Positions 36,742 to 46,597 of a stretch of DNA of 53,387 bases are shown here, piece by piece. Below the pieces are notes generated by a model. It did no database searches. It saw nothing but the letters and a program-made list of their open reading frames with translations, and was not told where the DNA came from. A program made the translations under genes and the position numbers. The stretch covers positions 1 to 53,387 of the forward strand of contig CANIBV010000003.1 in the NCBI GenBank assembly GCA_947466005.1, given 5' to 3'. Position 1 is the first letter of the stretch. Every line of letters starts with the position of its first letter. The stretch is from Spartobacteria bacterium. GTDB lineage: Bacteria > Verrucomicrobiota > Verrucomicrobiia > Chthoniobacterales > UBA6821.

Positions 36742-38151
36742 TTAGGCCAGGTTCTGCAGACCGAGGAGAAGCTTCTCGTGCAGTCCGTCGAAGGCCCCGT
36801 TGCTCAGGACGACGATCACGTCGCCCTTCTGAAGTTGGGGGCGGAGCATTTCGACGATCTTGTCAGCCGAAGGTTCCTGGAAGGCCGACTTGCCGGCCTT
36901 GATGAGATCCGCCACGAGGAGATCTGCATCGAGGCGATCTTCGGGTTTCAGATCGGCTGCGCGGTTCACCGCGCCGATCACCACGCCGTGCGAAGCGGCA
37001 AAGGCCGGAGGGAGATCATGCTGAAAGACGGCTCGGCGCGTGGTGTTCGAGCGCGGCTCGAAGAGGGCCCAGATCCTGGAGCCGGCATAGCGCTGGGAGA
37101 GCCCCTCCAGTGTCTGGCGGATGGCTGTGGGATGGTGGCCGAAGTCATCGATGATCGTGATGCCGCTCACGACACCGCGTACCTCCTGGCGACGTTTGAT
37201 GCCCTCGAATTTCAAGAGGGCCTCGCGGATTGTCTTGGTGGGAACGCCGTAGAAATGGGCGGCAGAGACAGCCATGGCGGCGTTGCGCAGATTATGCTCC
37301 CCGATCATCGGAAGCTCGAATTTCTCACCGAAGAGCTCAAACCCGCAGTTCCCGTCCTTCTGCCAAGGATGAAGGATTCTGTTCGCGGCATTCTCGGAAA
37401 AACCGACCTCGACAATCGGAGCCTGACAGTTTTGCGAGACATCGATGCAGTTCTGATCATCCCCGTTGATGAGCACCATCCCCTCGGTGGGGACGACATT
37501 AAGCAGGCGGCGGAAGCTCAGCTTGATCTCGTCGAGATCCTTGAAGATGTCTGCGTGGTCGAACTCAATGTTGTTCACCACCACGAGCTCGGGAAGGTAG
37601 TGGAGGAACTTGGAGCGCTTGTCGAAGAAGGCCGTGTCGTACTCGTCGCCCTCGATCACGAAATGACGAGAAGTCGCCGCATCGCGAAGACAGGCACCCT
37701 GACCGAGGTTGGCGGGCAGGCCTCCGATCAGGTAAGAGGGATTGAGACCCGCATATTCGAGGATCCAAGCCGTTATGGACGTCGTGGTGGTCTTCCCGTG
37801 GGTGCCGGAGACGACGATATTATGACGGCCGTGCAGGAAATGAGCACGAAGTACCTCGGGGAGGGAGGCGTAGTTCAACTTGCGGTTGAGGACCGCCTCC
37901 ACCTCGGGATTTCCGCGGGAGATGGCATTGCCGACGACGATGAGAGCATCCTCTGCAGGCAGGTTATCGGGACGGAAACCGGAGAAGACCTCAATGCCCC
38001 GGGAGGCGAGGAAGTCAGTCATGGGAGGGTAGGCCTGATTATCCGATCCGGACACGAACCATCCCTGCCGCTTCATCGCGGCGGCCACGGCTCCCATGGC
38101 CGTCCCGCAGATGCCGAGGAAGTGGACGCGGCGGCCGGGGGATTCACTCAC
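36742..38151 (-). CDS. mpl: UDP-MurNAc:L-Ala-gamma-D-Glu-mDAP ligase (murein peptide ligase)
   Basis: GICGTAMG, YPPM, GTHGKTTT, EGDEYDTAFFDKRSKF, DDFGHHPTAI, EPRSNT, SNGAF. Confidence 0.92.
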   Translation of the reverse strand: MSESPGRRVHFLGICGTAMGAVAAAMKRQGWFVSGSDNQAYPPMTDFLASRGIEVFSGFRPDNLPAEDALIVVGNAISRGNPEVEAVLNRKLNYASLPEVLRAHFLHGRHNIVVSGTHGKTTTTSITAWILEYAGLNPSYLIGGLPANLGQGACLRDAATSRHFVIEGDEYDTAFFDKRSKFLHYLPELVVVNNIEFDHADIFKDLDEIKLSFRRLLNVVPTEGMVLINGDDQNCIDVSQNCQAPIVEVGFSENAANRILHPWQKDGNCGFELFGEKFELPMIGEHNLRNAAMAVSAAHFYGVPTKTIREALLKFEGIKRRQEVRGVVSGITIIDDFGHHPTAIRQTLEGLSQRYAGSRIWALFEPRSNTTRRAVFQHDLPPAFAASHGVVIGAVNRAADLKPEDRLDADLLVADLIKAGKSAFQEPSADKIVEMLRPQLQKGDVIVVLSNGAFDGLHEKLLLGLQNLA

Positions 38152-38229
38152 AGGGATGAAGGGGATAAACGGGATGGTTGAAAGAAGCCTGATAGAATAG
38201 AGGAACCAGGGCCCTGCCTTTCTTCAAGG

Positions 38230-39375
38230 CTAGTACACATCCTTGCGGTAGCGTTTCGAAGTTTTAAGCTCCGCGACGTAAGCGGCCGCCTCTTCGGGAG
38301 ACTTGCCCCCTGCCGTCTCAACGACCTTGTGAAGTGCGGCATCCACATCCTTGGCCATGCGCGAGGCATCACCGCAGACGTAGAAACACGCGCCCTGCTC
38401 GAGCCACTCGAAGAGCTCCTGGGCGGCTTCCAGCATGCGGTGCTGGACATAGATCTTGTCGGCCTGATCACGCGAGAAGGCGGTGTCGAGACGGTGCAGA
38501 ACGCCCTCGGCCTGCCAGGCCTCGAGTTCGTCTCGGTAGAGGAAGTCCGTTGCGGACTTCTGATCCCCGAAGAAGAGCCAGTTCTTGCCGGTGGCCCCAG
38601 TGGCTTTACGTTCCTGAAGGAATGCCATGAAAGGAGCAATGCCGGTGCCAGGCCCGACCATGATGACCGGGGTGGAGAGCTCCTCGGGAACCCTGAAGTG
38701 CTTGGCCGTGTGGACAAAGACGGGAACATCCGCGTCATCGGCGCGGTCGGCGAGGAAGGTCGAGCAGACACCCTCGCGCTTGCGGCCATGACTCTCGTAG
38801 CGTACTGCAGCCACAGTGAGGTGGACGGCATCGGGGTGGGCTTTTTGTGACGAGGCGATTGAGTAGAGGCGCGGCTGGAGCTTGCGGAGCAGCTTGACGA
38901 ACTCTTCCGGAGTGAACCGTGCCGCAGGATGATCCAGCAGCGGATCGATCACCTCGCGGCCAGAGACATAGGCATCCAGCTCAGCTTTCCCCTCCGGGGT
39001 GACCATAGGAGTGAAGTGGGCGGCGGTCGGATCTTTCTCGGCGATCGCGGCGAGAAGCTTTTTGTCCTTCTCGGTGATCACATAGCTGCGGGTGAGGGCT
39101 TCACGGATCGACAACGGATTGCCATTCGGGTCGGTCACCGGCTCGTCTCCACTGAAGCCGAGAACCCCGAGCATTTCCTCAACGAGGGCCGGATTATTCG
39201 TTGGGAAAACCCCGAGAGAATCCCCCACTTCGTACGCAAGACCGGAGCCGACGAGGTCGATCTCGAAGTGGCGCGTGTCTTTGGCAGAGCCTGCGCCCGT
39301 GAGACTGCGGTTGGTGCTCAGCTTGGCAGGGAAAGGGTTTTTACGGGAATAAAGGGCAGCGGGATCAGCGGACAT
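38230..39375 (-). CDS. Sulfite reductase flavoprotein-like FAD/NADPH module (CysJ-like, no flavodoxin domain)
   Basis: YSRKNPF, PRLYSIASS, GVCSTFL, GPGTGIAPF, AFSRDQ, YVCGDA, RYRKDVY; only 381 aa. Confidence 0.88.
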   Translation of the reverse strand: MSADPAALYSRKNPFPAKLSTNRSLTGAGSAKDTRHFEIDLVGSGLAYEVGDSLGVFPTNNPALVEEMLGVLGFSGDEPVTDPNGNPLSIREALTRSYVITEKDKKLLAAIAEKDPTAAHFTPMVTPEGKAELDAYVSGREVIDPLLDHPAARFTPEEFVKLLRKLQPRLYSIASSQKAHPDAVHLTVAAVRYESHGRKREGVCSTFLADRADDADVPVFVHTAKHFRVPEELSTPVIMVGPGTGIAPFMAFLQERKATGATGKNWLFFGDQKSATDFLYRDELEAWQAEGVLHRLDTAFSRDQADKIYVQHRMLEAAQELFEWLEQGACFYVCGDASRMAKDVDAALHKVVETAGGKSPEEAAAYVAELKTSKRYRKDVY

Positions 39376-39444
39376 GTCGTTAAAAATTAAAAGGGATGGC
39401 GATTCGGTTCAAGTATTCGTGAAGCAAAGGGCGGACCAAGAACT

Positions 39445-40374
39445 CTATTCCAGCCCAGCCAGCCAACGTTCTGCATCGATGGCGGCAGCGCAGCCCATCC
39501 CGGCAGCCGTAATGGCCTGGCGGTAGACGGAATCCGCGCAGTCTCCGGCGGCAAAAACACCCGGAACATTTGTCCTGCTTCCCTCACCGAGGGTGAGGTA
39601 CCCCGCCTCGCTCATGGAAAGCTGCCCCTGGAAGATCTGAGTGTTGGGTGTGTGGCCTACCGCCACGAAGACGCCGGCGCAGTCGATTGATCCCGTCTCG
39701 CCGGTCAGCGTGTTCTTGATCCGAACGCCGGTCACGCGGTCCTGCGCCACATCGAGCACCTCTTCGACCACCGAGTTCCAGACAGGGGTGATCTTTGGGT
39801 TGGCGAGCGTGCGCTCCGCCATGATCTTGGACGCCCTGAGCGAATCGCGGCGGTGAATGAGATACACCTGGGAGGCGAAGCGGGTGAGGTAGCTGGCCTC
39901 TTCGCAGGCGGAGTCGCCTCCGCCGACCACCACGAGCGGTTTGTTGCGGAAGACTGGAAGAGCCCCGTCGCAGGTCGCGCAGTAGGTGACGCCCTTGTTT
40001 TCGAGTTCATGTTCTCCGTGGACTCCGAGGTGGCGGTGTCCGGCACCGACAGCGACGATGACGCTCCGGGTCTCGATGATCTTGCCGTCGACGGTCAGCT
40101 TCAGTGGCGATGAGGAAAAGTCGACCGAGTCCACGCGGCTCAGATACTGGATGCGGGTGCCGAAGCGGACAGCTTGCTCCTGCATCTCGGTCATCAGATC
40201 GGTCCCCTCGATGCCGTTACGGAAGCCGGGAAAGTTTTCGACACTTGAGGTGGTCGTGAGGAGGCCGCCGGGCTGCTGGCCGGTGATTAGGAGGGGGTTG
40301 AGATTGGCGCGCGAGGTGTAGATTGCGGCGGTCCATCCGGCGCATCCGGATCCGATGATGACGACTTGTTCCAT
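39445..40374 (-). CDS. trxB: Thioredoxin-disulfide reductase
   Basis: [38 protein letters not shown]. Confidence 0.96.
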   Translation of the reverse strand: MEQVVIIGSGCAGWTAAIYTSRANLNPLLITGQQPGGLLTTTSSVENFPGFRNGIEGTDLMTEMQEQAVRFGTRIQYLSRVDSVDFSSSPLKLTVDGKIIETRSVIVAVGAGHRHLGVHGEHELENKGVTYCATCDGALPVFRNKPLVVVGGGDSACEEASYLTRFASQVYLIHRRDSLRASKIMAERTLANPKITPVWNSVVEEVLDVAQDRVTGVRIKNTLTGETGSIDCAGVFVAVGHTPNTQIFQGQLSMSEAGYLTLGEGSRTNVPGVFAAGDCADSVYRQAITAAGMGCAAAIDAERWLAGLE

Positions 40375-40386
40375 CCGCAGATGTTA

Positions 40387-40416
40387 AAACCTGAAACCTG
40401 AAACCTGAAACCTGAA
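40387..40416 (-). repeat. Family B heptamer tandem repeat just upstream of the trxB start
   Basis: (AAACCTG)x4 on +, which reads (CAGGTTT)n on the coding strand. Confidence 0.85.
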
Positions 40417-40431
40417 AATACGATTTCTCTT

Positions 40432-40845
40432 CTAAATCTCAGGAGCAAAGGGGATGGGCCAACCCGTGGGGAGTCTGAGGGGGCGGCCCTCAGGCATTTT
40501 TACAAAGGCGAGGGCCTGTTGACAGGTGATAAGCAGCGCTCCATCCCGCGGGCGCCTGATCTCGAAGTGGCACCAGAAGCGAGCGGGCGTGGCCTCACCC
40601 AGTCGGCCATGGACCTCAAGCTCGTCGCCGAGAACGGCAGGGCGCTTGTAGTCGATCTCCGTGCGCACAACCACGGGAAAGACAGAAGTGCGCGCCATGC
40701 GGGTCCAGTCCAATCCGAGCTGCACGGCGAGTAGTGTGCGCGCCGTCTCGATGAAGCGCAGGTAGGCGATATTGTGGACGACGCCACCCGCATCCGTGTC
40801 GAAAAACATCACCTGAACGGGAGTGACGATGGATAAAGCAGTCAT
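40432..40845 (-). CDS. Acyl-CoA thioesterase (YbgC/4HBT family)
   Basis: FFDTDAGGVVHNIAYLRFIETAR, IDYKRPA.LGD; start ATG at 40845. Confidence 0.9.
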   Translation of the reverse strand: MTALSIVTPVQVMFFDTDAGGVVHNIAYLRFIETARTLLAVQLGLDWTRMARTSVFPVVVRTEIDYKRPAVLGDELEVHGRLGEATPARFWCHFEIRRPRDGALLITCQQALAFVKMPEGRPLRLPTGWPIPFAPEI

Positions 40846-40847
40846 GG

Positions 40848-40878
40848 AAGGATGAAAGTTGAGACCTGAAACCTGAAG
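40848..40878 (-). repeat. Family B heptamer repeat upstream of the thioesterase start
   Basis: Coding strand reads CTTCAGGTTTCAGGTCTCAACTTTCATCCTT, then CC and ATG. Confidence 0.75.
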
Positions 40879-40882
40879 AGAA

Positions 40883-41560
40883 TTACGCCGTTTGATGAAG
40901 ATGACCTTCCTTGAGGTAAAGCTGGCGGTCGCCGAGGGCCGCCAGGGCGGGGTCGTGGGTGACGGCGACAAAGGTTCGGCTATCCTGGCGGGTGAGCTCC
41001 AGCAGGAGATCGATGATCCCTGCGCCAGTGGCGGCATCCAAGTTTCCGGTAGGTTCGTCGGCGAAGAGGATGCTCGGGTCATTAACCAGCGCGCGTGCTA
41101 TGGCCACCCGCTGTTGCTCGCCGCCACTCAACTGCGAGGGAAGGTGATCAAGGCGCTCGGAGAGGCCCACCCTGCCCAGCAGGGTGCGGGCCTTGGCCTC
41201 ATTTTTCTTGCCGTCCAGCATCGCCGGGAGCATCACATTCTCAAGGGCTGTCAGTTCGGGAAGTAAGAAATAGGACTGAAAGACAAAACCCATCCGGCGG
41301 TTGCGCAGAAGGGCTTGCTGATCACTACCCAGCTTGAAGATCTGCTCTCCCTCAAACTCTATCGTCCCTTCACGCGGATGCTCGAGGCCGGCCAGGATAT
41401 AGAGCAGGGTGGATTTGCCGGCGCCCGAAGGGCCGCGCAGAAAGAGCACCTCGCCGCGGACCACATCCAGATCCACGCCCTGGAGCACCTTCAGGTGAGT
41501 GCCGGCCAGATCATAGGTCTGGTGGAGGCCCCGGGCACGGAGATGGATGGAAGAGGTCAT
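40883..41560 (-). CDS. ABC transporter ATP-binding protein, LolD-like
   Basis: GPSGAGKST, GFVFQSYFLLPELTALENV, LSGGEQQRVAIARAL, ADEPTGNLD, VTHD. Confidence 0.92.
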   Translation of the reverse strand: MTSSIHLRARGLHQTYDLAGTHLKVLQGVDLDVVRGEVLFLRGPSGAGKSTLLYILAGLEHPREGTIEFEGEQIFKLGSDQQALLRNRRMGFVFQSYFLLPELTALENVMLPAMLDGKKNEAKARTLLGRVGLSERLDHLPSQLSGGEQQRVAIARALVNDPSILFADEPTGNLDAATGAGIIDLLLELTRQDSRTFVAVTHDPALAALGDRQLYLKEGHLHQTA

Positions 41561-41572
41561 GGGAACAAAAAT

Positions 41573-41666
41573 ATGAAGGATGAGGGGTCAATGATGAAAG
41601 AGCAAAGGACATCCGCGAGCTCTGTGCCTGGCAGTTTCAGCTTTCAGCTTTCAGCGTTTCAGCTTT
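41573..41666. repeat. Two heptamer-repeat arms in a divergent intergenic region
   Basis: ATGAAGG-ATGAGGG-GTCAATG-ATGAAAG (41573-600) and ~4 copies of TTTCAGC (41635-66). Confidence 0.7.
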
Positions 41667-41676
41667 CTCTCTCCTC

Positions 41677-42597
41677 ATGGCCAACATCCATATTGCCCGC
41701 AACCATCAGTCCCTTGGGTCCTTCAGCGAGGAGGATGTTCGCGAGGGGATCCGCACCGGCCGTTTCTCATCCAGCGATCTCGCGTGGCGCGAGGGAATGG
41801 CGGAGTGGAGACCGCTCGGCGACATGGCTCCGCAATGGGGAATGGAGCTGCCGCCGCCTTCCCTAGATGCAGACGAGCTGCCGACGGCGGGGGAGATGGA
41901 GATTCTCGGTGAGGGCGGCAAGCCGGCTTGGGAAGAGCGCGAGCAGATTGGGTTTTTCCCCGCGATCACCCGGACGGTGAGTGCCGTGCTCTTGAGGCCC
42001 ACCCAGACCTTTGCCTCCTTGAAGCAAACCGGCGGCCTCGCCAACCCGCTCCTCTATTTTGTGCTGGTCAGCAGCGTCATGTTCGCTGTCTCGGCCCTCT
42101 ACCAAATGGCGGCCACGTCGCTGAATCCAGCACTTTTTGCAGCAAAGCTGCCCCATGGCTCGGGCACTGCCTTCTCAGTCGCGCTGCTGGGCTCAATCCT
42201 AATCTCGCCGGCGCTCTATGTTTTGAGCGCCTTCATCTCTTCGGGAATCACCCATCTCTGCCTCAAGCTTCTGGGCGGAGCAAACAAGCCGTTTGAAACA
42301 ACCTTCCGCGTGATCTGTTACGCCCAGGCCAGCGCCGCCGTTCTGAATCTTCTGCCGGTCTGCGGGAGCCTGATCGGTATCATCTGGGGAGCCTACTGCA
42401 TCATCATTGGGTTGAAGGAGGCGCAGGGCATCACAGGTTGGAAGGCGACCTTGGCCATCACCCTTCCCGGGCTCCTCTGCTGCGGGTTGCTGCTCCTTCT
42501 CGGAACAGCGGCAGGACTCGGAATCGCCGAGTTAAGCAAAGAGTTTGGAGGAATGCCGCATCTTCCCCAGCTGCCCAATCTCCCTCAGGCACCCTGA
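41677..42597 (+). CDS. GYF_2 (DUF4339) plus Yip1-like membrane protein
   Basis: N-terminal GSFSEEDVR...LAWREGMAEWRPL; C-terminal multi-TM region with FETTFRVICYA. Confidence 0.8.
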   Translation: MANIHIARNHQSLGSFSEEDVREGIRTGRFSSSDLAWREGMAEWRPLGDMAPQWGMELPPPSLDADELPTAGEMEILGEGGKPAWEEREQIGFFPAITRTVSAVLLRPTQTFASLKQTGGLANPLLYFVLVSSVMFAVSALYQMAATSLNPALFAAKLPHGSGTAFSVALLGSILISPALYVLSAFISSGITHLCLKLLGGANKPFETTFRVICYAQASAAVLNLLPVCGSLIGIIWGAYCIIIGLKEAQGITGWKATLAITLPGLLCCGLLLLLGTAAGLGIAELSKEFGGMPHLPQLPNLPQAP

Positions 42598-42641
42598 TCT
42601 GTCCCTAGGTGTGGAACCGCTGATTTAATCCTTAGAACTCG

Positions 42642-43067
42642 GTGAGCATTTTTGGCCTCCATTGGCGGCCACTCATTCCGGGAGAAAGGGATCCCGAGTT
42701 GATCTGGGGATCCGTTTTGGCAGCCAGTGGGCTGATCGTGCTGGGCTGGCTGGATCTCGGGCTGCCCACGCCGCTCTGCCCTCTTCATGCCCTGACCGGC
42801 ATCCCATGTCCCACGTGCGGCATGACAAGAGGGCTTGGCTGCCTGCTCCAAGGACAGATCGAGGAAGCGCTCCTCTTTAATCCCCTGATGGTGGTGGCGC
42901 TCCTCAGCGCGTTGCTCTATCTCCTCTACGCTGGAGTGGTTGTCATCGGTCGGCGACCGCGCCTTCGCTGGGAGCCACTCTCTCGGACGGCCGCGATCTG
43001 TGTCAGGATTGGAGTGGTGCTGCTGATTGCCGTAAACTGGATCTATCTGATGTGTGCCAAGATCTAA
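42642..43067 (+). CDS. DUF2752 membrane protein
   Basis: CPLHALTGIPCPTCGMTRG...ALLFNPL. Confidence 0.88.
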   Translation: MSIFGLHWRPLIPGERDPELIWGSVLAASGLIVLGWLDLGLPTPLCPLHALTGIPCPTCGMTRGLGCLLQGQIEEALLFNPLMVVALLSALLYLLYAGVVVIGRRPRLRWEPLSRTAAICVRIGVVLLIAVNWIYLMCAKI

Positions 43068-43087
43068 GAGAGCAAGTGCCTGTTGCC

Positions 43088-43861
43088 CTAACAAAGACGA
43101 ATGCTTGGGCTGATGACGTCCGGACCGACGCAGAAAAGACTGATGGCGCTCGCCCCGAGTGATCTGTTCATCGCCCCGAGAGCAAGCTCCTCGCTGTTGC
43201 AGTCGCGACTGAGGTGACCGAGGAGGATATGACCCAGCCCATCGTGGCGGATCTGCGTGACGGCTTCCGCGGCGGCCGCATTGGAGAGGTGGCCGTGGCG
43301 CGACTGGATGCGCTGCTTGATGGACCAGGGGCGCTTGGTGTCCTGCTGGAGGAGCGCCTCGTCGTAGTTGGCCTCAATCAGCAGACCGTCCACGTCGCGC
43401 ATCGACTCGGTGACCAGCGTGGTGGCATGACCGAGATCGGTCAGAAAGCCGAAGGAGTTTCCCCCGGAGCGAATCACGAAGCCGACCGGCTCGACGGCAT
43501 CGTGAGGAATAAGAAAGGATCTGACGGAAGTATCCTCGAGGGTGAACTCCGCTCCGCTTTCAAAAATCTTCCACCCGGCGAAGTCGGTCACCTTCTCGCG
43601 GAGGACGGTCGCAGTCTGCCTGTTGCAGAAGATCGGGGTGGCATGCTTCTTCGACCACTGCGTCAGTCCCTTGGTGTGGTCCCCGTGTTCATGGGTTACG
43701 AGGATCGCGCAGAGATCACGCGGTTCGACGCCACAGGTGGCGAGGCGAAGGGTCAGTTCTTTGGTGCTCAGGCCCGCATCGACGAGGAAGCAAGCCGTCT
43801 CGGTCCTTACCAGGGCGGCGTTACCGCTGCTGCCACTGGCAAGGATGGTGATCTCTAGCAT
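43088..43861 (-). CDS. MBL-fold metallo-hydrolase (YycJ/WalJ-like)
   Basis: LASGSSGNA, THEHGDH, PHDA.EP, TDLG, GHLSN, HLSRDCN. Confidence 0.9.
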   Translation of the reverse strand: MLEITILASGSSGNAALVRTETACFLVDAGLSTKELTLRLATCGVEPRDLCAILVTHEHGDHTKGLTQWSKKHATPIFCNRQTATVLREKVTDFAGWKIFESGAEFTLEDTSVRSFLIPHDAVEPVGFVIRSGGNSFGFLTDLGHATTLVTESMRDVDGLLIEANYDEALLQQDTKRPWSIKQRIQSRHGHLSNAAAAEAVTQIRHDGLGHILLGHLSRDCNSEELALGAMNRSLGASAISLFCVGPDVISPSIRLC

Positions 43862-43894
43862 GGGGAGAGTGGATGCAGCCTTTCTTTCAGGCGC

Positions 43895-44932
43895 CTAGGG
43901 TTGGGCGGTCCGGGTGAGAGTGAGGAAAGCGGCGGCCACTTCCTCCACGGTGATATCTGCAACCTCTCTGCTTGGCTTGTGAAGGGTGACATGGGGCACT
44001 TTCCAAGGCCCCCAGTGCTCCGGATCCGAGTCGCCGAAGAGAGTGACCATCGGCTTGCCCAGCGCGGCCGCGAGATGCATGGTGCCCCCGTCGCTGCAGA
44101 TGATGGTATCGGGGAGGGAGAGAGTGGCGATAAGTTCCTCAAGCCGATGAGTTGGAACGGGGTAAACTGGCAGACCCACAGTGGCCTTGAGGACTTCCGC
44201 AGCCTTCGCATCATCGCCGGGGTGCAGGGGATTATCTGCGGAACCCGGTGACCAGAGGAGCAGAAACTTTGCGTCCAGTTCCGCATGGAGCCGCCGCGCC
44301 AAGGCCGCAAAGTTTTCGACCGACCAGCGCTGGGAGGGCTTCCTTGCGCTCAGATGCAGGGCGATGAGCGGACCCTTGATCTGACGCTTGAGAGACGGCT
44401 GTGGAGCATTCCATTCGACCGGGAAGCCCCTCCTGATGTCGGAGGCCAGATGCACGTCCGGAGCGAGGCGCGTGGAGGGGGTCTGGAATTGAAGGCCCAT
44501 CCGAACAAGCTGGTGACAGCACTGCTCGACATGGTGGGGGCGACCTGCGGCATCTTCATTATCCCGGACGAGCACATGCTTGGCGCCGATCATTTTGGCA
44601 AAGCGCAGGGAGCTGCGCTGCGGCCCACCCGGCAGGAGAATCCAGTCGAAGCGCTGGTGTCGAAGTTTCCAGATCGTGACGAGGCGATCCCAGAGGATGC
44701 CGATCCTGCTTTCGCCGGGCTCAAGATGCTTTGCCTTGGTATAGGAGAAGAGGGCGTCGATATCGGGATTTCCCGCTAGCACGGCCATGTTGTAGCGCGT
44801 CACCAGAGCCGCAATATAGGCTCCCGGCAACTGTTCCCGCAGGGCACGAATCAGCGGAGTCGTGCAGACAAGGTCGCCGATATTATCCCGTCGGATGACG
44901 AGGATGCGGGGGGATTTGGCCGTTGATTCCAC
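43895..44932 (-). CDS. Glycosyltransferase family 9 (paralog of 35632..36675)
   Basis: ILVIRRDNIGDLVCTTP, QRWS, SDGGTMHLAAALGKP...FGDS...WGPW. Confidence 0.9.
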   Translation of the reverse strand: MESTAKSPRILVIRRDNIGDLVCTTPLIRALREQLPGAYIAALVTRYNMAVLAGNPDIDALFSYTKAKHLEPGESRIGILWDRLVTIWKLRHQRFDWILLPGGPQRSSLRFAKMIGAKHVLVRDNEDAAGRPHHVEQCCHQLVRMGLQFQTPSTRLAPDVHLASDIRRGFPVEWNAPQPSLKRQIKGPLIALHLSARKPSQRWSVENFAALARRLHAELDAKFLLLWSPGSADNPLHPGDDAKAAEVLKATVGLPVYPVPTHRLEELIATLSLPDTIICSDGGTMHLAAALGKPMVTLFGDSDPEHWGPWKVPHVTLHKPSREVADITVEEVAAAFLTLTRTAQP

Positions 44933-45005
44933 AGTGTTTGTTTCCTGGAGTGCTGGAGGAGTGAACGTGGTGATTTGTGGAATCCAGAAGCTGAGATCAG
45001 GAACA

Positions 45006-45081
45006 TGGTGCGCCCGGCAGGAATCGAACCTGCTACCAAGGGTTTAGAAAACCCCTGCTCTATCCGATGAGCTACGGGCGC
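45006..45081 (-). tRNA. tRNA-Arg (anticodon UCU)
   Basis: 76-nt cloverleaf GCGCCCG...CGGGCGC-A-CCA; anticodon loop TT-TCT-AA; GTTCGATTC T-arm. Confidence 0.95.
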
Positions 45082-45135
45082 AAAGCGTTGACTATCAGTG
45101 TAGAAATGGACTCCCGAAAGGCTGGGGCGTGACTC

Positions 45136-45345
45136 TGTGCAAGGGATTGTGCAAGGGGCCTGTCGTGAAGGGTGCTGAAAGCATGGAGAGGATGGCTTCC
45201 AAGAATCATGCGGGGCAGTTTATCGCAGCCCGTGATTATCGCAACCGTCGAGTGAAGGGGATTCAGGAGAGAAACAGGCGATTCTACGCTGTGCCGTGGA
45301 GGGTGAAAGAGGATGGCAGCAAAGGGGCCAGACGCCTTTCTTTTC
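45136..45345 (+). pseudogene. Probable tyrosine-integrase N-terminal remnant with upstream direct repeats
   Basis: Basic peptide DYRNRRVKGIQERNRRFYAVPWRVKEDGSKGARRL is recalled as resembling integrase arm-binding N-termini (unverified); TGTGCAAGGG twice at 45136 and 45148; adjacent to a tRNA. Confidence 0.45.
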
Positions 45346-45449
45346 GCTCATCGATGAGAACAAAGACCATCTCAGAGAGGAAGCCGCTAAGGAATCGCAT
45401 TGAGGCCGTTGCGGGAAGCCACAACTATCCGCCCCGCCCTCATATGCCC

Positions 45450-46469
45450 TTACGCGATGCAGCAGGCACCGTCGTGATATCCTGCCTGCAAATGCTGGGC
45501 GTAATCGGCGCCCCCCCGCGCCTCGATTGAAGCGATGAACTTGTTCCTCTGCTCGACAGTCATCGGGTTGGCGACCAATGCGGCAGCGACAGCCTGCTGG
45601 GCAAAGGCCATGGAATCGATGCCGATGCATTGGGTGGTGACCTCAGGATAACTAAGCGCATAATTGATGACGTCGTTGATGGTGACCAGCCCATGCAGAT
45701 TCGCCCGCTTGCTTCCGCCGAAGCCCTTCATGCCGATAGCAGCTATCCCTTTCTCCTTCATTAGGGGCAGCACAATGTTGTCAAAGTCCTTTGCTTGGAG
45801 CGTGTTGCCTAGAACGGAAACAGGAAGGAGTGAAGCGTCCCACTGGTAACCGCTCTCGATCATCCTGACATGGGCCTTGGGGCTGGAGTGACCGGTGAAG
45901 CCGACATAGCGTACCAAGCCCTTGCGCTTGGCCTCGTCAAAGGCTTCCAGGATCCCATCCTTGCCGAGATGGAAATCAACGTCTGCGTCCTGGATCTCGT
46001 GGATCATCCACAGATCAATGTAGTCGGTCTTGAGCCTTTTCAGCTGGGCCTGAAGCATCTGCAGTGCCTTCTCCTTGTCGGTGCCGGTGAAAGGGATTTC
46101 GTATTTCTTGGCGTGATGGATACAGGCCTTCGTCATGATGAAGGCTTTCTCCCGCCAGCCTCCGGCAAGAGCCTGCCCCATCCACTCCTCCGCCCGCCCG
46201 TTGTGGTACTCCCAGGCGTTGTCGAAGAAATTGACCCCTTGATCGATCGCGTAATGGGCAATATTTGTCGCTTCCTGAACGGTAGGAGCAAGTGCCAGTG
46301 TGTGTCCTCCGAACCCGATGCAGCTGAGTGTCTCCTGATGGCGGCCGAAGACGCGCCTAGGAACCGTCCCTGTCGGAATGGTGGCAGCAGCGGCGGAGGG
46401 AACTCGAAGGGCTTGGGCGGCAGGTAGGAGACCCAGCATACCCAGAAAGGAGCGTCGTGTGAGGGACAT
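45450..46469 (-). CDS. Aldo/keto reductase with a Tat-like signal peptide
   Basis: SLTRRSFL, GVNFFDNAWEY, FIMTK, LKRLKTDYIDLWMIH, VRYVGFTGH. Confidence 0.9.
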   Translation of the reverse strand: MSLTRRSFLGMLGLLPAAQALRVPSAAAATIPTGTVPRRVFGRHQETLSCIGFGGHTLALAPTVQEATNIAHYAIDQGVNFFDNAWEYHNGRAEEWMGQALAGGWREKAFIMTKACIHHAKKYEIPFTGTDKEKALQMLQAQLKRLKTDYIDLWMIHEIQDADVDFHLGKDGILEAFDEAKRKGLVRYVGFTGHSSPKAHVRMIESGYQWDASLLPVSVLGNTLQAKDFDNIVLPLMKEKGIAAIGMKGFGGSKRANLHGLVTINDVINYALSYPEVTTQCIGIDSMAFAQQAVAAALVANPMTVEQRNKFIASIEARGGADYAQHLQAGYHDGACCIA

Positions 46470-46597
46470 AACGAATGACGAATGAGTGATGAAGGGAAAG
46501 TTCGCTGAAAAGTCTTTTGAATTCTCGGATCAAGAATCACCAGACACGAGTAAATAGCTCATCTTTATTGGCCATTTCATACCTCCTCATACATTCT

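Noticed and set aside
36100-38181. 693-aa + strand ORF
   Set aside because: Antisense shadow of mpl and the GT9 gene
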